DNA of 64,000 bases from Pyrodictiaceae archaeon. GTDB lineage: Archaea; Thermoproteota; Thermoprotei_A; Sulfolobales; Pyrodictiaceae. The stretch is from assembly GCA_027036135.1 (NCBI GenBank), contig JALVSY010000016.1, positions 64,001 to 128,000 on the forward strand. Reading direction: 5' to 3'. This document shows positions 1 through 10,396 of the stretch, one piece after another (position 1 is the stretch's first letter; each line of letters begins with the position of its first letter). The translations under genes were made by a program, and so were the position numbers. The notes under the pieces were generated by a model. That model made no database searches. It was not told the DNA's origin and saw only the letters and a program-made list of their open reading frames with translations.

Positions 1-775
1 GCACCCTTGGTAATTCCTTGGCGTCCATGTTTAGTACCAGTATTGGTGTTTTGAGCTTCTTCTTGTTCAGCTTAATGGAATCCAGCATGGCTGAGACAGC
101 CCATGGATTAGCATCATTAGCGACAACTAGCTCCGCTCTACCAAGTGCGCTTATGAGGAGAGAAAAGCCGCCTATACCGGCAAACATGTCAAGAACTACT
201 TCTCCTGGAGCCACTTGGCTAGCAATCCGGTAGTGCTCGGCGCTGAGACGCGGGTTGATGTAGACCTTCCCTAGGGGGACATGATATACTAGCCCGTGCT
301 CACGATACTCCGTTACTTCTATTATCTCCCCTGCCAAGTGGACTAGTCTTTGAACCCGGTACTCGCCCTCAGTAACCTCCTTGCCATAAACAGCTCGTAT
401 ACCCCTAACATTCCTCAACAGCTCCTCGGCTACTTCTTTCTCGCGGCCCCTAATCTCCTCGCTCAGCGATATAATTGCAACGTCACCTACCACTGTGAAG
501 GAGATAGGAGGCTCCCACTTCTCGCGCGCCTCGCAGCTAGTCTCAACGACTTCCACTACTCCTTCACATATTTGTAGGAACGTGTCACGCACGGCAGTAG
601 CATCTACTGCTCCTCTAACTGGGAACACTGGGAGCATCGTCCTAATAGGGGAGTACTTCTTAAGAGGCCTGGAGCCGCTTAGCAATAACTGGTTGTCCTT
701 GAGGTAGCGGCGCAGTGCCTCGCCGCACCATGGCCCAGCTACGAGACATGTGCAGCGCCCCTGCTCCGGTGGCAA
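1..775 (-). CDS. Trm5/Taw2-family (Met10+-like) tRNA methyltransferase, 3' end outside window
   Basis: Not in the ORF track. Manual translation from TTG at 775 gives ...FTVVGDVAII...GEYRVQRLVHLAG...TEYREHG...KVYINPRLSAEHYRI...VLDMFAGIGGFSL...ANDANP, the Trm5 D2 domain plus the SAM motif. Confidence 0.85.
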   Translation of the reverse strand, partial: MPPEQGRCTCLVAGPWCGEALRRYLKDNQLLLSGSRPLKKYSPIRTMLPVFPVRGAVDATAVRDTFLQICEGVVEVVETSCEAREKWEPPISFTVVGDVAIISLSEEIRGREKEVAEELLRNVRGIRAVYGKEVTEGEYRVQRLVHLAGEIIEVTEYREHGLVYHVPLGKVYINPRLSAEHYRIASQVAPGEVVLDMFAGIGGFSLLISALGRAELVVANDANPWAVSAMLDSIKLNKKKLKTPILVLNMDAKELPRV

Positions 776-779
776 TGTG

Positions 780-1607
780 ATGCTCCGCCGCATAGCAATA
801 TTCGCGAGACCCGACTTAAGAGAATCTATTATACTTGCTAAGCAGGTATACGAGAAACTGGTAAGGCTTGGTGCTGAGGTGTATTATGACCTATCTGTAG
901 CTGATAAGGTAGGTGGCCCTGGTATTGACCTAAGATTCGAGGATGTCGACGGCGTTGTTGTCATAGGTGGTGATGGCACCCTCCTCCGCCTACTTCAGCT
1001 CCTCGGCGAAAAATCACCCGTTCTTCACCTAATAAGGCTCGGGCATAGAGCATTCCTTTTCGCCGAGGAGCCTAGTACGGCTATCGAGAAGCTGAGGGAC
1101 TTCGTCTCCGAGAACTACTGGGTGGAGGAGCATAAGCGCCTAAGAATAGAGACCAGTAGCTATATGGGCTTTGCTCTCAACGAGGCAGTGATAACTGCTC
1201 TGGGCTCGAAGATAGTCTACCTAGACGTGAATGTAGGAGACGAGATACTCTATGAGGACCTAGCCGGTGACGGGGTTATAGTGGCGACGCCTCTCGGAAG
1301 CACTGCATACAGCTACAGCGCTGGTGGTCCCGTGGTTCATCCTGCCCTAGATGCTGTTATTGTTACACCGCTTAACCCAATCAATAGGGACATGGGGCCA
1401 ACAGTTCTACCGGGGGATGCCGCGATAGAGGTGGTGATTAAGTATACTTTACGCCCGGTAAAACTAATAATTGATGGAGCGAAGGAACAGCTTCTTACAA
1501 GAGGAGCCCGGGTAAAGGCGTCTCTCCAGGGCCCCTCGGTGCGTTTCGCTAGGTACACTGAGGGAGGGATGCTGAGACTACCATGGAGGAGAAAGTGTTC
1601 GTCCTAG
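780..1607 (+). CDS. nadK: NAD(+) kinase
   Basis: GGDGT, LNEA, GDGVIVATPLGSTAYSYSAGGP and IDG motifs; ATG at 780 preferred over the ORF-track start at 750. Confidence 0.93.
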   Translation: MLRRIAIFARPDLRESIILAKQVYEKLVRLGAEVYYDLSVADKVGGPGIDLRFEDVDGVVVIGGDGTLLRLLQLLGEKSPVLHLIRLGHRAFLFAEEPSTAIEKLRDFVSENYWVEEHKRLRIETSSYMGFALNEAVITALGSKIVYLDVNVGDEILYEDLAGDGVIVATPLGSTAYSYSAGGPVVHPALDAVIVTPLNPINRDMGPTVLPGDAAIEVVIKYTLRPVKLIIDGAKEQLLTRGARVKASLQGPSVRFARYTEGGMLRLPWRRKCSS

Positions 1608-2116
1608 ATACAAGTGGGTTCATAGCTAGGTGGCCTCTCTATGCCCCCCGGGCAACAATATACACGACTAGTCTCGTGCTAAGCGAGGTAAAAGACTCTG
1701 AGAGCAAACAAGGCCTAGAGATAGCACTTCTACTTGACCGCGTTCACGTAGTTGATCCCAGGCAGAGCTATGTTAAGCGAGTAGTCCGTGAAGCGCGTAA
1801 GAGGGGCCTACATATATCCCTGAGCAGGACCGATATATCGGTAGCAGCCCTGGCTCTTCAACTAAGAGAACAGGGGCTAGAGGTAGAGGTTATAACAGAT
1901 GATTACTCGTTGCAAAACCTCCTCGCCCTCCTCGGGATAAAGTATCGGCCGCTAAGAACCCGTGGAATAAGAAGAGTTGAGGAATACATAGTAGTTTGCC
2001 CAGCATGTGGCTACACGTCACGGAACCCTGCTGAGAAGACATGCCCTGTTTGCGGAACTCCTCTCAAGCGTATAAGGAAGAAAGCTTGGAGCAAGAACAA
2101 CAAGACACAATTCTAG
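1583..2116 (+). CDS. nob1: Nob1 endonuclease (PIN domain + Zn ribbon)
   Basis: VLDTS, LSRTDISVAALA, ITDDYSLQN, C-terminal CPACG...CPVCG. Confidence 0.92.
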   Translation: MEEKVFVLDTSGFIARWPLYAPRATIYTTSLVLSEVKDSESKQGLEIALLLDRVHVVDPRQSYVKRVVREARKRGLHISLSRTDISVAALALQLREQGLEVEVITDDYSLQNLLALLGIKYRPLRTRGIRRVEEYIVVCPACGYTSRNPAEKTCPVCGTPLKRIRKKAWSKNNKTQF

Positions 2117-2148
2117 GAAAAGATGATTATTCACCTGGGCTAGTAGAG

Positions 2149-2787
2149 GTGCGCGGCAAAAAGATACTCCTCATAGGTTATAGTGTGTTTTCGGGCTTTC
2201 AGCTAAACCCCTCCGAGGAGATAATCACAAGGCTTGACGGCGCTGATATTAACGGGTACAGGGTTGAGGGCCTCCTACTCCCGGTATCCTATCGCTACGT
2301 CCAAGGCACGTTGCCGAGAATACTTGAGGAAGAGCAGCCAGACATAGCTCTAGGCATAGGGCTTGCCCCTAGAGCTACTAGGCCAGTGATAGAGCTCGTG
2401 GCTTCTAATGTTGCTAGCTTCCGTATAAGCGACGACGGCGGGGCCCTGGTAGGCTACGAGTATGTAGCAGGTAGTGGCTTAGAAGCTGTAAGAACAACAC
2501 TGCCAGTAAGCAGCATTCTTGATGAGTGTCGGCGGCGTGGCCTAGATATAGTGGCAGGCGTCAGTATCGGCACTTATCTCTGCGGCATAGCCGGCTATTA
2601 CATAATGAAGTATGCAGAAACCCATAAGAGAATCGGGGGATTCATACATATACCTCCATCAACGGAGCTGGCTATGCGCCACGGGCTCCGGAACTATGTG
2701 TCGCTGAGCATACTCCTCGAGATAATTAAGTGTGTACTAGAGACGGTTACCGGGGCTTTACAAGCCTCGCAACAAAGTAGCCAGTAG
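2149..2787 (+). CDS. pcp: Pyroglutamyl-peptidase I (C15)
   Basis: ILLIGY..F...NPS, LLPVSY, E..A.N, GTYLC, GFIHIP; likely GTG start at 2149. Confidence 0.85.
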   Translation: MRGKKILLIGYSVFSGFQLNPSEEIITRLDGADINGYRVEGLLLPVSYRYVQGTLPRILEEEQPDIALGIGLAPRATRPVIELVASNVASFRISDDGGALVGYEYVAGSGLEAVRTTLPVSSILDECRRRGLDIVAGVSIGTYLCGIAGYYIMKYAETHKRIGGFIHIPPSTELAMRHGLRNYVSLSILLEIIKCVLETVTGALQASQQSSQ

Positions 2788-3913
2788 CGCCATGTACATG
2801 TGGATGGACTCTTATCAAGTAATCAGCCCAAGTGCCTACTCCTTTGCCGAAAACACGGAGAGGAGGCATAACGGGCTTGAATCCTAGCTCCTCGACAGCG
2901 TACTGTATGTTTTCCTCGTTCTCCGAGAGAGTAACGGTGCACGTGGAGTATACTAGTACCCCGCCAGGCTTTAGGAGGCCATAGGCAGCGCGTAGAAATT
3001 GTCGTTGATAAAGCGCGCTATTACGCACGTCTCGGTAACTCTTCTTATCCCATACCTTGGGCAAGACGCCTAGACTAGTACATGGTGGGTCCAGGATAAC
3101 ATAGTCGGCGATTCCTTTGCCAAGCCTTATGTCAGCGTATCGCGAATCGAGCCGAATAACTTCTACACCGCAGTGTCCTAGCCGCTTAAGATTCTCAACA
3201 AGTCTCCTAGTCTTTGACGCGGAGTGATCAAGGGCGATGATGCGCGCCCTTCCCCCAACAAGCTCGTAGACATGTCCTGTCTTACCACCAGGGGCTGCAC
3301 ACATATCAACTATCACACTGCCCGGCGCCGGGTCAAGTACACGCGCCACCAGCATCGAGGATATACTCTGCTCATAGATGAGCCCGTTCCGGGCCCAGAC
3401 CGTGTCGCGGAGACTAGGGACACTATAGAGGGGCCTAACGTTCTCTGCAACAAGTCCTCTTCCCCTGCGCAGGCTGTGAAGAAACTCTTCTACTACAATC
3501 GCATTAGCTACAACAACATCGTTCTCAGCCTTCACAGTGGCCTCCACACCGGGCTTGGCACAGTCATCGATACTCCTAACACCTGGGGCGTATACGTGAG
3601 CCCCCATCATTATGCTCTCAGCAGCCTTCTTTTCAACAACTATGTAGCAACCAGTATCCCTAACACGTTGCGGACCCCTAACCGGGAGCCAAAGGGCCTC
3701 CTCGAGAAACTCGTCGCGATAAACCATGTAGCCCTGGCTCCTCATGTCGTCAAGCAGCTTACCTGAGTCAATCTTTAGCACATTGACGCGTATGTAGTAG
3801 CGAGTAGGAGGCCTTTGAATAGCACTGAAGAAAGCACGGAGCCCATGGATACCATAGACTTGGCGAAGCTCGGCTAGTAACTGCTCATCGTAGCACAGCG
3901 TGGTACACGTCAT
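2747..3913 (-). CDS. RsmB/NOP2-family RNA m5C methyltransferase with PUA domain (NSUN6-like)
   Basis: GAHVYAPGV (PUA), DMCAAPGGKT, LDPPC, YSTCT. Confidence 0.92.
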   Translation of the reverse strand: MTCTTLCYDEQLLAELRQVYGIHGLRAFFSAIQRPPTRYYIRVNVLKIDSGKLLDDMRSQGYMVYRDEFLEEALWLPVRGPQRVRDTGCYIVVEKKAAESIMMGAHVYAPGVRSIDDCAKPGVEATVKAENDVVVANAIVVEEFLHSLRRGRGLVAENVRPLYSVPSLRDTVWARNGLIYEQSISSMLVARVLDPAPGSVIVDMCAAPGGKTGHVYELVGGRARIIALDHSASKTRRLVENLKRLGHCGVEVIRLDSRYADIRLGKGIADYVILDPPCTSLGVLPKVWDKKSYRDVRNSALYQRQFLRAAYGLLKPGGVLVYSTCTVTLSENEENIQYAVEELGFKPVMPPLRVFGKGVGTWADYLIRVHPHVHGATGYFVARLVKPR

Positions 3914-4089
3914 CCCAGATAACCCTAGCTATTCTTCCCTTGGCCTCAGTGCCTAGCATGGGGCTAATTAAGCTACAATGCGTAAACAATGCAGGATAGC
4001 GGAGACTAGGAACAAGAAATATTTGAGTGCAGACAGGGACCGGGTGAGGCTCCTTGTTCCAAAGAAATATCTTGGGTGATGTCCTGCCC

Positions 4090-4809
4090 TTATTGCACTC
4101 CTAGATACGCCTTTATTATCTCCGGGTTCTCTGCGGGCTCCTTGGCGGGGCCTTCCATCCTTATCCTGCCCGTTTCTAGGACGTAGGCATAGTCGGCAAT
4201 GTTTAGCGCGTAGTGCACGTTTTGCTCAACTATGAGTATGGTTAGTTCTTCTTCGTCTCGGATCCTCTTAACGAGATTCATTATCTCGAGAGCAAGCTTT
4301 GGTGCAAGGCCGAGACTGGCCTCGTCTATCATTAGTAGCCTCGGTAGCGCCATGAGCCCGCGCGCTATTGCTAGCATTTGTTGCTCTCCACCGCTTAGCG
4401 TGCCGGCTTTCTGGTTTAGTCGCTCCCGGAGCCTAGGGAAGATGTTGAAGACTCTCTCAAGGCTCTCTTGTATCTTCTGACGAGCGCGCTGATTATAGGC
4501 ACTCATGAGCAGGTTCTCATAGACAGTCATTTGTTGGAAGATATCCCTACCCTCCGGCACCAGTACGATGCCTCTCTCTACTCTGCGGTAACTGGGCAGC
4601 TTTGTTACGTCTTCTCCCGCGAACACTATTCTCCCTTTCCACGCTGGGATTATGCCAACTATGGCTCTCAGAGTAGTGGTTTTACCGGCACCGTTGCTTC
4701 CTATGAGTGCTGTTATGCTTCCCTTCTCAACCTGTATCGATACGTCCCATAGTACTGGTATTTTGCCGTAACCTGTGTGAAGCTTCTCAACACTAAGTAG
4801 TGTCGCCAC
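4090..4809 (-). CDS. livF: Branched-chain amino acid ABC transporter ATPase LivF
   Basis: GSNGAGKTT, VPEGR.IF, LSGGEQQMLAIAR, VEQN. Confidence 0.93.
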   Translation of the reverse strand: MATLLSVEKLHTGYGKIPVLWDVSIQVEKGSITALIGSNGAGKTTTLRAIVGIIPAWKGRIVFAGEDVTKLPSYRRVERGIVLVPEGRDIFQQMTVYENLLMSAYNQRARQKIQESLERVFNIFPRLRERLNQKAGTLSGGEQQMLAIARGLMALPRLLMIDEASLGLAPKLALEIMNLVKRIRDEEELTILIVEQNVHYALNIADYAYVLETGRIRMEGPAKEPAENPEIIKAYLGVQ

Positions 4810-4827
4810 CCTGTCCCCCTCCTCTAT

Positions 4828-5592
4828 TCATCCCTGCTTCTTGAATCGTTTCACAAAAGCGAGTGCAAGCTTCGGGTCACCGAGGTACGCTTCTATTACC
4901 CTTGGGTTCGTCGCTATTTCCTCCGGTGTTCCCTCTGCAAGTTTCCTCCCGAGATGCAGTACTACTATTCTATCAGCGATCTCCATCACGGCATGCATTA
5001 CGTGCTCGATCATTACTATTGTGAGGTTGAACTCTTTTTTCGCTAGCTTTACCTTTTCAAGCATATACGATACCTCGGCCGGATTAAGGCCTGCAAAAAC
5101 CTCGTCTAGTAGGAGTAGGCGGGGTTGCCTAGCAAGAGCTCTTGCAAGCTCCAGCCTCTTCTCCAGGGCCACGTTTAGCTGTGCAGCAAGCATGTGTGCA
5201 TGCTTATCAAGCCCAAGGAATTCTAGGATGCGCTTCGCCTCCTCAGCTGCCTCTAAGTCACTTAGTCGCCTATTAGAGAACTTTATCGAGACCAATACGT
5301 TCTCGTATACTGTGAGATCGGGGAATGGCTTCGGTATCTGGAATGTGCGCGCTACTCCGAGCAGTGCTATGCGATGCGGAGGCCACCCCGTCACATCCTT
5401 CCCGAAGATGATTACCCTGCCCTTGTCGGGCTTATAGACACCCGTAATTACGTTGAAGAGCGTAGTCTTGCCAGCACCGTTGGGGCCTATTAGGCCAAGT
5501 ATTTCTCCCTCCTCAACACTCATAGATATTCCTTGGAGCGCTCTTACTCCTCCAAAGCTCTTGTGTATATCCTCAACTTGGAGCACGGGCAC
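4828..5592 (-). CDS. livG: Branched-chain amino acid ABC transporter ATPase LivG
   Basis: GPNGAGKTTLFN, ARTFQ, LLLDE..AGLN, IEH.M, EAYLG. Confidence 0.93.
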   Translation of the reverse strand: MPVLQVEDIHKSFGGVRALQGISMSVEEGEILGLIGPNGAGKTTLFNVITGVYKPDKGRVIIFGKDVTGWPPHRIALLGVARTFQIPKPFPDLTVYENVLVSIKFSNRRLSDLEAAEEAKRILEFLGLDKHAHMLAAQLNVALEKRLELARALARQPRLLLLDEVFAGLNPAEVSYMLEKVKLAKKEFNLTIVMIEHVMHAVMEIADRIVVLHLGRKLAEGTPEEIATNPRVIEAYLGDPKLALAFVKRFKKQG

Positions 5593-5616
5593 AAAGCATC
5601 ACCTTCCCCGAGGCCC

Positions 5617-6643
5617 TTATTCTAATAGGAAGCGTAGCTTCGTGCTCTTGATTCGTAGCCAGCCAATGATTCCCATGGGTAGTAGCTCTGCTATGACTGC
5701 TATAGTTGCGCCAAATATCACTAGGTGTAGTGATGGGAAGCTCGTCAGGAACGCGGTCTTCACGGCATGGTATATTGCTGTACCAGTTATTGTACCTAGT
5801 ACCGTGCCTGCCCCTCCGAGCATTGTTGCGATTATTGCCTCGATGCTTAACCCTAGGTTGAAGAACTCCCCAGGCAATACTATCATTCGCTTCCAAGCTA
5901 TTATTGCTCCCGCCAAGGCTGGCGTGATGGAGCTGAGCACGAATGCAAGTGTCTTGTACTTCCAGGTATTGACGCCTATTGCCTCAGCAGCGTCCTCGTC
6001 CTCCCTAATGGCTCTTAGTCCTGCGCCGAACTTGCTCCTAGAAACGTATAGGTTGATGAGCAGCCCGAGCGCCACGACGCCTACTAGGAGGAAGTACGCT
6101 ATGTAGTGGACAGCCATTAGGCCATGATACCCGGCTATTGAGTAACCACGGTAATAGGTAGCTGATAGCTGCAAGCCCTCGCTACCACCTAGGTAGTTCA
6201 CGTTAGCCGCTACTACCCGGAACGCCTCAAGCACAGCTATGGTTGCTATCGCGAAGTACGCGCCTCTGAGCCTTAGCACTATGAGGCCTATTAGGTATGC
6301 AGCCCCCCATAGCTGCCAGTACAGCGGCCAGCATCGCTAAGTATATACTAACTCCATGGTAGTACATCAGTACCATGGCAGTGTAGCCGCCTATGCCGTA
6401 GAAGACGGCGTGTCCGAAGCTCACGTACCCAGTGTAGCCGAGTATGACATTAAGCCCAAGTACTATTGAGAACAACACCATGAAGGTGGTTATGGTTTCG
6501 CGGTAGTAGCCTAGGCTTTCAGAATATAATGACCCGGTGCCAAGCCCCAGTAACACAGCTATGATTAGTGCAACGGTTAGGTTGGTTATCAAGCGGCCAC
6601 GCGCTAGTTGACGAAGTATCTGTGCAGCCTCCATTAGCACCAC
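5617..6643 (-). pseudogene. livM: LivM permease, frameshifted
   Basis: Split between ORFs 6227..6643 (GYTGYVSFGH) and 5617..6279 (LRLRGAYFAIAT). Removing one base from the C6 run at 6303-6308 joins them (...MGAAYLIGLIVLRLRG). Confidence 0.85.
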
Positions 6644-6652
6644 CTCTTGGCT

Positions 6653-7516
6653 CTAGAGTTTCGCGAACAACCCAGTCGGCTTTATGACGAGCATTATGAT
6701 AAGCAAGAGGAACGCGACAAGAGGGCCCCAGCTACCACTAGCCACTATGCTCGTTAGCTGCTCAGCTACGCCAAGTATTACACCGTCAACAAGGCTTCCA
6801 AGGGGGTTCCCGAGGCTACCTAGCACAACTATTGTGAACGAGTATAGCTCGTACTTGCTACCAGTCTCTGGGGTAAAGCTATACGCGAGCGCCAATAACG
6901 TTCCCGCTGCGGTCGCAAACAGTACCCCGAGCGCAAACGTCAACATCAATATCTTTGTTACGTTTACCCCCATAAGCGCGGCTGCTTCCTGGTTCATAAC
7001 CACTGCTCTAACAGCCCTACCGAACCACGTCCGGTATATGAGAACGTAGGCACCAATAGCTATTGCTGCGGCTACAATGGCTCCTATAATCTGTATAGTC
7101 ATGATGGGTACGTGCCCGACCTCTATTACGCTAGACTCAACGGGTAGTGTGCGTGCAATACCGCCGAACTTTAGCTCAATAAGCCCGAGGATTATGAGCC
7201 CGAAGCCGAAGGTTGACAAGAGGCTTGCTAGCTCTGGGCCGCCTAGTACGCGGTGAACAAAGAGATAATAGGCAACAACACCGACTATGAAGCCGATGAA
7301 CAGTGTTAGTAGAATAGAAGCCAGTAATGGTACACCATGCATTACTGTCAAGAGATAAGCAAGGTACATGCTCATCGCTATTAGCGCGCCATGGCTTAGA
7401 TTAACGACTCTGAGTATGCCCCAGATAATACTGAGCCCGAGAGCGGCGAGGCCATAGAGGCTCCCAACAACTAGTCAAGCGACAAAGCCTCCCAGTAACA
7501 AGCTTCCCGAGACCAA
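6653..7516 (-). pseudogene. livH: LivH permease with in-frame TGA at codon 14
   Basis: TTG 7516 reads MVSGSLLLGGFVA-TGA(7477-7475)-LVVGSLYGLAALGLSIIWGILRVVNLSHG, in frame with ORF 6653..7375; the TGA sits where LivH normally has Gly. Confidence 0.85.
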
Positions 7517-7648
7517 TCCGCCGACACCTATGCCCTAAACTTAACGATGCATAGTGCATACTGCGGTCTCGTGACGTGTTTATTAAGCGTAATTAATGAA
7601 GAGTAAATAAGATACATTATTTTAGGAAAAACCGTTGAGGGGTGGGCG

Positions 7649-9020
7649 CTACTTATTCCAGGGTATCGGGTATATGGGCTTGGCTTGTGCAGCCTCCTCG
7701 GGATATACTATGACCTTTACTAGCTTGCCGTTCTGCTTCTGCCACTGCACTAGCACCATGCTGTGACCTATCTGTAGCCCGTGCTTATCGGCGCCACTGT
7801 AGAACTTTATGTGGCCCCAGAACGTCATTAGGTCGAGGTTGTCTAGTAGCTTTTAGCCTTCTCCGTATCTAGTCCGACGTGCTCTATGACGTACTGGAGT
7901 AGTAGTCCCGCGGCGTAGCCACCGGCTGCGTGGTATCCTGGGAGTTTTCCATACTTGCTCTTATAGGCGTTGACAAACTCCTCGACAGTGGGCCCATACC
8001 ATGGTATGCCTAGCTTCTTCGCGGTCTCAGGGCTGTACTTTACGCCGGGCTCCCATTGGCTGGGGCCAATAACGCCGAGGGCAGCGTCTCCTAGTTCGGC
8101 GAAGGCGGGTTCTGGTGGGGCAACTAGTATAGCGACGTATTTCAGCGTCTTTATCTTTGCCTGGTATAGCTGCTTTACCAGGTTGAAGCCGTCTTGGAAG
8201 TGGCCTCCGCCGAAGATTGCTGTCGCGCCAGAGGACGATATCTTGGCTATGTATGTTGAGAAGTCAGTAGTGCCTGGTGGATAGTGGTCCTCGTAGACTA
8301 TCTTGAAGCCGTGCTCCTCTAGGTACTTCTTCGTGGCAGCAGCTACTGACTTGGCGAATTTGCTGTTCTCGAAGAGCAGTGCTACTTTCTTATTGTTCGG
8401 GTCAAGCTTCATGAGTAGCTCAACGGCCAAGGTCATATACTTACTGGCTGGCGTGTATAGCTGGTAGACGTACTGGTACCCCTTAGTGAATATTGAGTCG
8501 CTAGCAGCACCAGTAGCTATCATAATCTTATGATAACTATCAGTAACGGCGGCAGCAGCGGTCAAGCCACTGCTATATGGGCTAATAAGGTAGTCAACCT
8601 TGTCGCTAGTGATGAGCTTCTGGTACAGCTCCTGCACACGCGCGCTCTTGGACTCGTCGTCGTAGTAGATTAGCTTAACCTTACAAATCCTCCCATCAGG
8701 TAGCTTTATGCCGCCCTTAGAGTTAACTTGCTCAGCCCAGAGCTTGATTCCCTTGAGCTGCTCGGTAGACTCCTCCTGCAATTTACCAGTAAGGGAAGCA
8801 GTGAACCCTATCTTAATCACACAGCCACCAGCACCACTACCAGCTGCGCTAGTCGTGGTTGTTGACTGCGTCGTTATCGTTGCTGGTGGTGTTGTTGCCG
8901 GCGATGTGGCTGTTGCCTTACCACCACCCTTAGACGCATAGTAATAGGCTACACCAGCAATAATAACAATAATGATCACATCACAGCTATAGATATCCAA
9001 ACACCTGCCTTAGACACCAA
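7649..9020 (-). pseudogene. livK: LivK-type substrate-binding protein, two frameshifts
   Basis: ORF 7843..9000 is a PBP1 ABC solute-binding protein. The signal anchor start (TTG 9020, MVSKAGVWISIAV) is out of frame near 8980, and the C-terminus (DNLDLMTFWGHIKF...VQWQ...IVYPEEAAQAKPIYPIPWNK*) is out of frame from ~7845 to TAG at 7651-7649. Confidence 0.82.
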
Positions 9021-9305
9021 GACCTACCACACCCCATGAAAAAGAACTCCTTGTCTATGTAACACCCCACCCCCAGGGGTTTTATCATTAGCCCTACACA
9101 GAATCCCACAAAGCAACATATTCATGAAACGAATTAAGTAACACCCACTAAAGAAAATAAAGACAAGAACAAGACTAGGCCGAGCAAGGATCAAGGAGAC
9201 CCCGTTGTAAAGAAAACCTAATAACCACGACCCAGGGACAAAGAAGAATCCACGGAAACCCAGCCAGGGGCCACAAAGGCCTCCAGACAAAGAGGCCCTC
9301 TGGCT

Positions 9306-9383
<78 letters not shown>

Positions 9384-9422
9384 TTATAAAGATACAAATA
9401 AGCTCTTACTTCCCTTAACTCC

Positions 9423-9448
9423 GACGGCTCCTCTTACATAGAGCCGTC
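9423..9448. repeat. 8-bp perfect inverted repeat downstream of tRNA
   Basis: GACGGCTC-N10-GAGCCGTC. Confidence 0.6.
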
Positions 9449-9605
9449 TAGCTCTCTGAGTAAGGCTAAACTTAGGATCCTTTTATGCATCTTTATTTGT
9501 TCAACTATTTTAATTCAACTGATTTAAAGTATGCTAGGCATAGGATCTCTACTACAAGGACTACTAATTAATAATCTTATCATGGAAAATAAGATTTTTA
9601 TATTC

Positions 9606-9640
9606 TATTTTCATAATATATAATATATATTATGAAAATA
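9606..9640. repeat. Perfect 35-bp palindrome (17-bp arms)
   Basis: TATTTTCATAATATATA-A-TATATATTATGAAAATA. Confidence 0.9.
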
Positions 9641-9744
9641 TTATGTACTAAAATTCTGTAGATACACTATTATATGTAGCTTCGTGCCGTCTCATGAATA
9701 GTTTATAAGGGAGTAAGTTTACATATTTTTCAAGAGGTTTTCAA

Positions 9745-10220
9745 ATGAATTATACTGTTGTTACTGCTATAGAGAATTGTAGAGAATTGTCTATCAAAGC
9801 ACTGTGCTCTAGGCTCTGTAATTGTGTTAAAGCAGACATGTAGTTCGCTTAAGCAACACGAACACGAGGGTGTATATATTTTCGTAGATGATTCAAGCAA
9901 TATCATCTACTATGTTGGTGAAACAAGAAATTTAGCTAGTAGGGTTTATAGAACGCATTGTAAAGGCCTAATAGGGAGCTCCGAGGGTGTTGTTCGCTTT
10001 CTCATGTATATATTTGCTAGGCTGTGTAAAGATGAAAGAATAATAGGGGCCCAAAGTGTTGCTGAGCGTGGAAAAAAATGTTAAAGACGAACTTGTCAAA
10101 TTTATATCAGCATTGACTATATACATAGGTTATTGTAAAGACGAAAAACTCAGTCAAGATAAGCTTCTAGAGGCAGAGATGTGCCTTAAGGAAAAATTAA
10201 AGCCAATATTGAACCCATAA
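9745..10220 (+). pseudogene. GIY-YIG nuclease, two frameshifts
   Basis: GVYIF...YYVGETRNLASRV..H motif. A 10-bp tandem duplication AGAGAATTGT (9771-9790) separates it from ATG 9745, and a +1 shift at GGAAAAAAA (~10070-10078) separates the C-terminal LLEAEMCLKEKLKPILNP*. Confidence 0.8.
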
Positions 10221-10396
10221 GATAGAATATCTTTACAATAGTTCAAAGAACTTAGTATTAGGATTCTTAACAGGAGAGCCAAGGGGGATACTCTCCTAGG
10301 CCCCCATACGTGGCTCAGTAGTGGTGCTGTGGCCTGGACCCGGTTATTGCTAGGCGGGCTAGGCTTGTCTGCAGCGAGCTTGAGACCAAGTACACT

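Noticed and set aside
3224-3766. Long antisense ORFs (also 4841..5437, 5453..6106, 12652..13179, 27399..27854 and others)
   Set aside because: Shadow frames opposite well-supported genes, with no recognisable motifs.
7475-7477. In-frame TGA in livH as possible selenocysteine or readthrough
   Set aside because: It replaces a Gly position in a permease, and neighbouring genes are also broken, so a nonsense mutation is simpler.
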